Positions 57,207-64,000 of a stretch of 64,000 nt of DNA are shown piece after piece. Position 1 is the first letter of the stretch; every line of letters begins with the position of its first letter. A program made the position numbers and the translations under genes. The notes under the pieces were generated by a model. The model made no database searches, was not told the DNA's origin, and saw nothing but the letters and a program-made list of their open reading frames with translations. Origin of the DNA: a virus; the IMG/VR virus record IMGVR_UViG_3300023223_000669, positions 96,001 to 160,000 of that record; one strand, 5' to 3'.

Positions 57207-59091
57207 TGCTATGCGATTAGAAGGATTGGCACGAGATATTTTCTTACAGCGTTACGCTATGCCCGGTGAGACCGACTGGTTAGATTGTTCTAAGCGTGTT
57301 TCTGCTCATGTCGCACAACATGAGATCAATGGTCTAATTGGTGAATGGATGGATAAGTTCGATGCGGCTATTGGGATTGGAGATTTTATGCCTGGTGGTC
57401 GTATTTTATTTGGTGCTGGTCGCAGACAATTCAATATGTTGAACTGTTTTAGGCTACATCCAGAGGATACAGTCGAAAGCATCGGCAAGATGATTCGTGA
57501 CACGTATTTGATATCGTGTGGCGGCGGGGGCATTGGATATAACTTCTCTTCTATTCGTCCCAAAGGGGATGATATTCAGAACATCAGAAATTCTGCTCCG
57601 GGCTCTGTGTCGGTCATGAAGATGGTTAACGAGGTTGGCAATCATGTACGTAGCGGTAAAAATCGTCGCACGGCATTGATCGCCATTTTGAATGTAGACC
57701 ATCCTGATTTGTTTGAATTTCTACACGTTAAGCTGGATCTCGCTGAGCTGAATAACTTTAACATCTCAGTTGGTATTACGAATGAATTTATCAATGCCGT
57801 GCGACGGAATAAGTCATGGGTTTTTAAGTTCAATGGGCGTTCCTACGAACAATATCAGATGAGGCGTTCAAGTCCTGATGGATCAGACACTATTACCGTT
57901 CTTGCCCTCAACAAAGAGGATGCGGTCAATCGTGCCCAGGTGCATTATCGTAAGACTCAAGACGACAAGTTCACGCACGTCAAGTCGATAGATGTGATGG
58001 CCCGTGATATTTGGGATACTATTATTATTAACTCATGGCGAAGTGGTGATCCTGGTATCTATAATCTTGATTTGGCTAATGAGTTTACCAACGTTTCTTA
58101 TTTTGAAGACCTTGATTCGCCTAATCCGTGTGGTGAGATTCCTCTACCTCCCTATGGTAATTGTTGCTTGGGACATGTAAATTTATCAAACATGTATTCC
58201 GAGAAAATGGATGATGTTAATTGGAAACGTTTAGCCAAAGCTATTCGAATTGGTGTGCGGTTTTTAGATGACGTTCTGACAGCTAACTTCTATCCTATCC
58301 CTGAATGTAAAACGGTGGGTGAGCGTACTCGTCGCATTGGTTTAGGGGTGACTGGTCTCCATTATTTGTTGTTGAAATTGGGATACACATACGGTGACGA
58401 GAAGTGTTTGGAATTTCTTGATCGACTGTTTGCTACCTTTAGGAACGAAGCGTATAAAGCATCTATCGAACTTGCAAAAGAAAAAGGTGCGTTTCCTGAG
58501 TTTGATGCAGAGAAGTATTCTCAAGAGGGATTCTTTCAGCAGCTACCTTCACGCATTCAGAATGCCATTAGGAAATATGGAATTCGTAACGCTGTGATGT
58601 TGACAATTGCTCCATGTGGTACCAATAGCATGGTGCTTGGTGTGTCGTCGGGTGTAGAACCCATCTTTGCTCCCCTATATGAAAGACGATTCCGTGAAGG
58701 CAATGTGACACGCAAAGAGATAGTTGCTGATGCGTTGTTTGCTGAATATTTTACAGACGGCAAGTCTATGACTCATTTTCGCGGGGCACATGATGTACCT
58801 GTGGAATCTCACTTAGCAGTACAAGCAACTATTCAAAAACATATCGATTCAGCCATTTCCAAAACTACCAATCTTCCCAAGAAATATCCGGTGGAAGCAC
58901 TCAGCGACGTGATTTTAGAGCATGCTACATATGTCAAAGGATTCACCATTTATCGTGAAGGTTCCAAAGGGGACGAACCCTTGAAGCCTATCGATATTTC
59001 TGATCCTGTTAAACTTAGTGCCGCTATGAAAAAAGCAGGCGTTGGAGTGAAGTCTCTCGAAGCATGCCGTAGCGAAAGTTGCGAAATCTAG
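57199..59091 (+). CDS. nrdJ: class II (adenosylcobalamin-dependent) ribonucleotide reductase
   Basis: FMPGGRIL, NCF, GGGIGYNFS.IRP, PNPCGEIPL..CCLGHVNL, RRIGLG, IAPCGT, SSGVEP; no ATP cone and no nrdB neighbour. Confidence 0.88.
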   Translation: MNNAMRLEGLARDIFLQRYAMPGETDWLDCSKRVSAHVAQHEINGLIGEWMDKFDAAIGIGDFMPGGRILFGAGRRQFNMLNCFRLHPEDTVESIGKMIRDTYLISCGGGGIGYNFSSIRPKGDDIQNIRNSAPGSVSVMKMVNEVGNHVRSGKNRRTALIAILNVDHPDLFEFLHVKLDLAELNNFNISVGITNEFINAVRRNKSWVFKFNGRSYEQYQMRRSSPDGSDTITVLALNKEDAVNRAQVHYRKTQDDKFTHVKSIDVMARDIWDTIIINSWRSGDPGIYNLDLANEFTNVSYFEDLDSPNPCGEIPLPPYGNCCLGHVNLSNMYSEKMDDVNWKRLAKAIRIGVRFLDDVLTANFYPIPECKTVGERTRRIGLGVTGLHYLLLKLGYTYGDEKCLEFLDRLFATFRNEAYKASIELAKEKGAFPEFDAEKYSQEGFFQQLPSRIQNAIRKYGIRNAVMLTIAPCGTNSMVLGVSSGVEPIFAPLYERRFREGNVTRKEIVADALFAEYFTDGKSMTHFRGAHDVPVESHLAVQATIQKHIDSAISKTTNLPKKYPVEALSDVILEHATYVKGFTIYREGSKGDEPLKPIDISDPVKLSAAMKKAGVGVKSLEACRSESCEI

Positions 59092-59119
59092 TAGACAGTT
59101 ACGCCATTAGGCGTATAAT
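59092..59119 (+). promoter_or_regulatory. sigma70-type promoter (probably leaderless)
   Basis: TAGACA-N16-TATAAT; ATG 6 nt downstream. Confidence 0.6.
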
Positions 59120-59125
59120 GTTACC

Positions 59126-59455
59126 ATGACCCAACCTACCCCTCTTAAAAAGTATGTCTTGACTTTCCCCAAGGATGGCGAAGGTCAAGAGATGAAATAC
59201 CGTTTCATGCTCACGGTGGATCGCTGTCTTACTAATAAGACTGGATCTGGCGATGAAGATTACGGCACACGCCTACTGAAATCTCTTAGTACTATCAATG
59301 GCATCGAAGCTATTGTTCCTCAGGGTGGTAGATATACTCTTGAGGTTGGGATAGCTCGTACGTTTGATCCTAATGAGGTTATCAAAGAAATCGAGCGTCG
59401 TCTCAATGAGGAAGTGCTGACGGATATCATTCGTCCTACGCTTGTGACACCGTGA
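59126..59455 (+). CDS. hypothetical protein
   Basis: 109 aa, directly after a promoter; weak resemblance to Nfu N-terminal domains. Confidence 0.55.
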   Translation: MTQPTPLKKYVLTFPKDGEGQEMKYRFMLTVDRCLTNKTGSGDEDYGTRLLKSLSTINGIEAIVPQGGRYTLEVGIARTFDPNEVIKEIERRLNEEVLTDIIRPTLVTP

Positions 59456-60084
59456 ATGTATATAACAACACTGTTGAATTGTTAGGCATTTATGGTGGGG
59501 ATGAGTCGCATGCATTAAGTGCATGGACAAGCACGAGTCGTGATCTTACGGATGAGAAACGTAAACGCATGGGTAAGCTTCTTGCAATGTTGGCCGAAAA
59601 TGGACATCACACGCCGTTTGAAAAAAGCACCTTGCATTTTCTGGTCACCTGCGATACAGCCAGTCATATTCATATCATTAAACACCGTATTGGTGTGAGT
59701 GTTAATACTGAATCGGCTCGCTATAAAGAACTTAAAGAAGACAAGTTTTATGTTCCGCAAGATTGGCCAGATGTTGAGAAAGTTTATTTTGAAGATGCTG
59801 TACACAAAGTGTACGAGAGTTATCATGAATTACTTGAAGTATTGATACATTATGGTTTTTCACGCAAGCGAGCTAAAGAATCAGCTAGATTCATTTTACC
59901 GTATGCAAATCAGTTAACTATGGATGTTAGTTTTAATTTTCGATCTTTCATGCATTTTCAAGGTTTACGTAATAGTGAACATGCTCAAACGGAGATTCGA
60001 GAAATTGCCCAGCAAATGTTACAACTAGTTCGTGAGACCGGACAGTTTAATATGTCTTTAGATGCTTTTGGATATGCTGAGTAA
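59452..60084 (+). CDS. thyX: flavin-dependent thymidylate synthase
   Basis: GHHTPFE, HIIKHR..SVNTESARY, KESARFILP, NFRSFMHF..LR..EHAQTEIR. Confidence 0.93.
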   Translation: MNVYNNTVELLGIYGGDESHALSAWTSTSRDLTDEKRKRMGKLLAMLAENGHHTPFEKSTLHFLVTCDTASHIHIIKHRIGVSVNTESARYKELKEDKFYVPQDWPDVEKVYFEDAVHKVYESYHELLEVLIHYGFSRKRAKESARFILPYANQLTMDVSFNFRSFMHFQGLRNSEHAQTEIREIAQQMLQLVRETGQFNMSLDAFGYAE

Positions 60085-60637
60085 AAAAGACGCTATTGGT
60101 TTTGAATCACAGAACGGTAGAATATATAAATTTGTCTGTTCTAATCCAGCGTGTGACAGAGTATTACGTGTTCGATCTTCTTACTTAAAACAACACTCTG
60201 GCCTTTGTGTGTCTTGCGTGAAGCACAAACCTCCATATTGGAGTACGTACAATAATTTACGCGGTAGTGTGAAGCGGCGTAATAAACGCCGTGGTTCAGA
60301 TCTTGAATTTGCTCTTACTTTTGAAGAATTTTTATTTTTGACGCAGATTAGGGTTTGTTATTATTGTGAGGAACCCAATATTGAATGGCTTGAGCGTGTA
60401 GGCAATGGTAAATTTCGATATAATCTAGATCGTAAAGATAACAATCGTGGTTATACATTTGACAATGTGGCTGTTTGTTGTAAAGAATGTAATCAGATGA
60501 AACGCGAATGGTTCACTTCTGATGAATTTCGAGCAATGAGGTTATTGCTTAAAAGGTGGCGAGAAGGCACACAAGAAGAACGCGATGAATTGATGTTGAT
60601 GCTGGTGTCCTGGAACAATACTGTAATACCAATATAA
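60074..60637 (+). CDS. HNH-like homing endonuclease
   Basis: CYYCE..LDRKDNNRGY..NVAVCCKECNQMK. Confidence 0.82.
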   Translation: MLSKKDAIGFESQNGRIYKFVCSNPACDRVLRVRSSYLKQHSGLCVSCVKHKPPYWSTYNNLRGSVKRRNKRRGSDLEFALTFEEFLFLTQIRVCYYCEEPNIEWLERVGNGKFRYNLDRKDNNRGYTFDNVAVCCKECNQMKREWFTSDEFRAMRLLLKRWREGTQEERDELMLMLVSWNNTVIPI

Positions 60638-60659
60638 ATCATAACTAGACCCTCATTCT

Positions 60660-60695
60660 CTAAGGGCGGTTCCTGATATCAGGAACCGCCCTTAG
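60660..60695. terminator. perfect 36-bp palindrome; probable terminator at the metabolic/structural boundary
   Basis: CTAAGGGCGGTTCCTGATATCAGGAACCGCCCTTAG equals its reverse complement. Confidence 0.7.
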
Positions 60696-60701
60696 TGTAT
60701 T
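60692..60701 (+). promoter_or_regulatory. candidate late-promoter motif TTAGTGTATT
   Basis: exact motif copy upstream of the second structural block. Confidence 0.5.
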
Positions 60702-60780
60702 CTATTGATGGTCGCGTTTAGTTTGCCCACGAGGGCAAGTCCACTTCGCCTTATTGGCGGAGATAATAAGAGGTAAAGTT

Positions 60781-61239
60781 ATGACCAATATAGTCGCAAC
60801 CACTGTTGGGTCGGGAACCCTGCCGCAAACGCGGGCGATTCTTCCTGCCTCCCAACGAGGCAACCAGCCCCTTGGTGCAGGGATCCGTACTGGCATTCAA
60901 GTTGTAGTTGCCAATCCAGAAGATTTGAATTCTGTTGATATTGTGGCAACTTCTGGTGCTGTTGTGAGTACCATTGCAACCCAGCTTTTAGGGCCTCACC
61001 TGAATCCCCTACCTAGAACCCGTCAGGTGACTATCCAGAACTTAGGAGACAGTACGGTCTACATCGGCTTCTCTAGTTCTATTGTTGCTGCTTCTGGTGT
61101 GGGACCTACTGCTGGTTTTGCTCTAGAGCCTGATGCTGCTAGTTCACAAGTTGTGTTGCCTATTCTACATAACGTTGAGATTTGGGGCATTGCGGCCGCA
61201 GGCAGCGTGCCACAAGATGTACGTTTGTTGATTCTGTAA
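60781..61239 (+). CDS. putative small virion protein
   Basis: V..NPED and QNLGDSTVYIG beta-rich pattern; paralog of 61705. Confidence 0.55.
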   Translation: MTNIVATTVGSGTLPQTRAILPASQRGNQPLGAGIRTGIQVVVANPEDLNSVDIVATSGAVVSTIATQLLGPHLNPLPRTRQVTIQNLGDSTVYIGFSSSIVAASGVGPTAGFALEPDAASSQVVLPILHNVEIWGIAAAGSVPQDVRLLIL

Positions 61240-61268
61240 GGGGATCTTCCGTGTAAAGGAGGTCCTTT

Positions 61269-61712
61269 ATGGTCCAGTGTAACAAATGTTTACAGAATAA
61301 GTCGCGTTCAGACTTTTATACTGATAGCCGCAATAGAAGTGGTATTGAGACTCAGTGTAAAGCCTGTAGATGTGCTCGTCAGAGACAGAGGCTTTCAACG
61401 GCTGAAGGTCTTGCTAAGCATCGTAAGTGTAGCCGTGACGGCATACAGCGTCTAAAAGACGCTGCTTATGAGGCATACGGTGGCTACCGATGCGTTTGTT
61501 GTGGCGAAACTGAGCCTAATTTTTTAAGCTTAGACCATATTCACAATGATGGTGCAATACATCGCAAAGAAGTCAGTGGCTCGAATTTCTATCGTTGGTT
61601 AAGAGATAGAGATTATCCACCCATTTTGCAGATTCTTTGCATGAACTGCAACGTGGGTAGACATCGTAACGGCGGCATATGCCCTCATAGAGTGGAGGTA
61701 TATCATGGGTAA
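61269..61712 (+). CDS. HNH homing endonuclease
   Basis: CNKC...CKAC N-terminal module; CVCCGE..LSLDHIHNDG..QILCMNCN. Confidence 0.85.
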   Translation: MVQCNKCLQNKSRSDFYTDSRNRSGIETQCKACRCARQRQRLSTAEGLAKHRKCSRDGIQRLKDAAYEAYGGYRCVCCGETEPNFLSLDHIHNDGAIHRKEVSGSNFYRWLRDRDYPPILQILCMNCNVGRHRNGGICPHRVEVYHG

Positions 61713-62145
61713 CTATGAGTATGCCACCACAATCGGTTCTGGTGCAATTCCTCATATTTCTGATGGGCCGCATCACGGTATAACGCCGGGCACGTTTCCT
61801 GTACCGGACCAAAGACACGCCCTACGTACGCGTAGGGGTGATGGTATGGTGGTCCTCAACCCTGAGGACTTCAGTGTATCTATCGGTCTACGCTCATCCG
61901 TTGTGTCAGTGACAACCTCGGCAACAGCGTTGCCGACAATCCCCCTAGAATTCCGCAGAGCACTTGTTATCCATAACAATGGAGCGTCAACTGTTTTCTT
62001 GGGAGCATCTGATGTCACTATTAGTACTGGTTTTCCTCTACTCGCAGGGGCGGATATTGCTTTTGACATTCAGAACAACCAAAATGTTGTAGTGTATGCT
62101 ATTGCAACGGGTACGGTTGAGGTGCGTGTTCTGGAGTTAAGTTAG
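61705..62145 (+). CDS. putative small virion protein (paralog of 60781)
   Basis: VVLNPED, HNNGASTVFLG. Confidence 0.55.
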   Translation: MGNYEYATTIGSGAIPHISDGPHHGITPGTFPVPDQRHALRTRRGDGMVVLNPEDFSVSIGLRSSVVSVTTSATALPTIPLEFRRALVIHNNGASTVFLGASDVTISTGFPLLAGADIAFDIQNNQNVVVYAIATGTVEVRVLELS

Positions 62146-62781
62146 ATGAAACATCAGCATCAAGACATTTTTGCGGACGTTAATAATAAATCTTGTTACT
62201 GGGCAGGGTTTATTGCAGCAGATGGATGTTTGAAACCCCGAAATGGAGTTCTATCTATTGGTCTTTCTAGCAAAGATAAACAGCATTTGATAAAATTCCG
62301 TCAAGCTTTAGCTTGTACTAATCCCATAACATACAGATTAAATAATGGTTATGGCCGTAACGATTTACAGGTGACTGCTGCAAATGATCTTATTAAATCA
62401 CTCGGTCTGAATTTCAACATTACGCCACGTAAAAGCTTGATATTACAACCACCTAGATTGATTCTCGAAAATTATGTACGTGCCTTCGTTCGTGGTTATA
62501 TGGATGGTGATGGATATATTTCTCAATACGGTGGCAAAAATCGACCCAATACATATATTGGCTTTGCTGGTACACGAGAAGTATTACAATGGATTAAAGA
62601 AAAAATCCAACAGTGTGTTGATGTAGGTAATCCATCTGTTTACAAACATAAAAATTGTAATGTACATCAGTTGATTTTCGGTGGTAGGCAGGCGGAACGA
62701 ATTTTAGATTGGCTCTATATCGACTCCACTCAATCTACTCGTCTTGATCGTAAGTATGTCAAATACGAGGAGATCACCTAA
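62146..62781 (+). CDS. two-motif LAGLIDADG homing endonuclease
   Basis: YWAGFIAADG and FVRGYMDGDG. Confidence 0.88.
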   Translation: MKHQHQDIFADVNNKSCYWAGFIAADGCLKPRNGVLSIGLSSKDKQHLIKFRQALACTNPITYRLNNGYGRNDLQVTAANDLIKSLGLNFNITPRKSLILQPPRLILENYVRAFVRGYMDGDGYISQYGGKNRPNTYIGFAGTREVLQWIKEKIQQCVDVGNPSVYKHKNCNVHQLIFGGRQAERILDWLYIDSTQSTRLDRKYVKYEEIT

Positions 62782-63254
62782 TGAATCTTGGTGTTGGTAG
62801 TATCATATCTGTTGGCGGCGGCACTGGTGGCGGTGGAGCTTCTAGCGGTATTCAAACTATCAATCCTGGGACTAATATTGGTCCGACTATCGAATTTCAA
62901 GGAGCCAATGGAGTTGTCGTTACTTCACCGAGCACAAACGTAATATTAATTGATGGTGCGGGTGCTTCTGGTGTTAGTGGTGGTACTACTGCTAGTGGAC
63001 TTTGTTTTGCCGCTGACTTTACTGGTATTACGGCCAGCACCATCACTCATAATCTAGGAACAACCAATGTAGTAATTGATGTATTTGATGCTTCTGACAA
63101 TCAAATGCATCCTGATGCCGTATCTATTATAGACATTAATAATATATCACTGGCATTTAATACTCCACAGACGGGAAAAGTTGTCATTGTTGCTTGCGGT
63201 GGCAATAATACCAACCTTGAAGAAGCTAAACGCTACGCATTATTGGTGAGTTAG
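62781..63254 (+). CDS. putative virion/fibre protein
   Basis: Gly-rich N-terminus; ITHNLGT..IDVFD..I.IDINNISLAF pattern typical of phage fibre modules. Confidence 0.55.
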   Translation: MNLGVGSIISVGGGTGGGGASSGIQTINPGTNIGPTIEFQGANGVVVTSPSTNVILIDGAGASGVSGGTTASGLCFAADFTGITASTITHNLGTTNVVIDVFDASDNQMHPDAVSIIDINNISLAFNTPQTGKVVIVACGGNNTNLEEAKRYALLVS

Positions 63255-63256
63255 AC

Positions 63257-63592
63257 ATGACATTACAAGAGAAACAACTAGGACAACTGAGACCGGCGAA
63301 TACAACGGCTGCATCATTGTATTCGCCTAGTGCTGGCGTGACTGCCATCATAAAATCTGTCTATATTACTAACACAACGCCTGGGTCGGTGACATTCAGA
63401 ATCTTTGCTGACGATGATGGAACCACCTACGATGAAACGACGGCTCTCTTTTGGGATGCTACAATTGCTGGCAACACAACGATTGAGCTTGATACGTTTC
63501 TTGCATTCAACAATGCGGCTGGCAATCTTGCCGTTCGTACATCTAGTGCAAATGCACTCACATTCACGGCCTTTGGAGCGGAGGTAAGCTAA
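63257..63592 (+). CDS. putative virion protein
   Basis: LYSPS..IIKSVYITNTT beta-rich small protein. Confidence 0.55.
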   Translation: MTLQEKQLGQLRPANTTAASLYSPSAGVTAIIKSVYITNTTPGSVTFRIFADDDGTTYDETTALFWDATIAGNTTIELDTFLAFNNAAGNLAVRTSSANALTFTAFGAEVS

Positions 63593-64000
63593 TGTCTATC
63601 AATGTTTTCCCCGGTGGAGACGTCTTTGAAATCAACAGAACTGCGTTTGGAGAACTTCGTGTTGCTGAACTCACCCCGAAGGTTCAATTGAACTTCCCTT
63701 ACAATATCAATCTGCGATTGGTCAAAGACCTCAGTGGTGGTGGCGGTACACTTACCCAGGTCAGTGGTCTAGCGGTTTGTTCTAGTTCTGCTTCTACAAA
63801 TGCCAGTGGCGTACTCCAGAGTCGACGCTTTTTGAAGTATGATCCAGGCGAAGGTGCTTTGGTTCGTTTTACTGCACTCTTTACCCCTGGCGTAGTTGGT
63901 TCTAGTCAAGAAATTGGTATTGGCGATGGACTTGATGGCTACTTTTTTGGTTATGATGGTACATCTTTTGGTATTATGCGTAGGCGTGATGGTGTAGACA
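63592..64000 (+). CDS. putative virion protein, truncated by the window end
   Basis: TAATG overlap; open frame MSINVFPGGDVFEINRTAFGELRVAELTPKVQLNFPY... continuing to the end; absent from the ORF track because it has no stop. Confidence 0.65.
   Translation, partial: MSINVFPGGDVFEINRTAFGELRVAELTPKVQLNFPYNINLRLVKDLSGGGGTLTQVSGLAVCSSSASTNASGVLQSRRFLKYDPGEGALVRFTALFTPGVVGSSQEIGIGDGLDGYFFGYDGTSFGIMRRRDGVD

Noticed and set aside
14604-59091. Inteins or group I introns in recA, dnaB, dnaE or nrdJ
   Set aside because: Reading frames are continuous and near normal length, with no C/S...HN splice motifs or internal LAGLIDADG seen
59126-59455. Nfu/NifU N-terminal scaffold assignment
   Set aside because: The resemblance by eye is too weak; kept as hypothetical
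1-64000. Stop-codon reassignment; tRNA/rRNA genes
   Set aside because: Genes tile densely under code 11 with TAA, TAG and TGA all used as stops; intergenic gaps are short and no cloverleaf was recognised

Overview
This window is a 64 kb segment of a large tailed-phage (jumbo-phage-like) genome read with the standard genetic code. Essentially every real gene is on the + strand and tightly packed, with many ATGA/TAATG overlaps. It has five blocks. (1) 1-13.6 kb: putative virion structural genes, including a 1622-aa protein with four LamG-like domains, 14-aa Gly-rich repeats and PKD domains. (2) 13.7-25.4 kb: a bacteria-like replication and transcription module (RecA, DnaB, DnaG, Cas4/RecB-like nuclease, ClpP, DnaE, sigma70-family factor). 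(3) 25.4-51.3 kb: a glycosylation island with about 12 glycosyltransferase(-like) genes, 3 methyltransferases, Gmd, Fcl, a PMI-like cupin and a codon-distinct kinase/aldolase/HAD/GDPD/nucleotidyltransferase cassette. (4) 51.3-60.6 kb: nucleotide metabolism (MazG, FAD oxidoreductase, class II RNR, ThyX). (5) 60.7-64 kb: a second structural block. About 12 free-standing homing-endonuclease-like genes are interspersed. The most notable hypothesis is a phage-encoded virion O-glycosylation system: the structural proteins are strongly and asymmetrically enriched in Ser-Gly dipeptides, a candidate sequon. A two-tier promoter system is also visible: host sigma70-type, often leaderless promoters, and a TTAGT(G/T)TATT motif before structural units. 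Family calls are from motif recognition by eye; no database search was run. I saw no tRNA, rRNA or CRISPR array.
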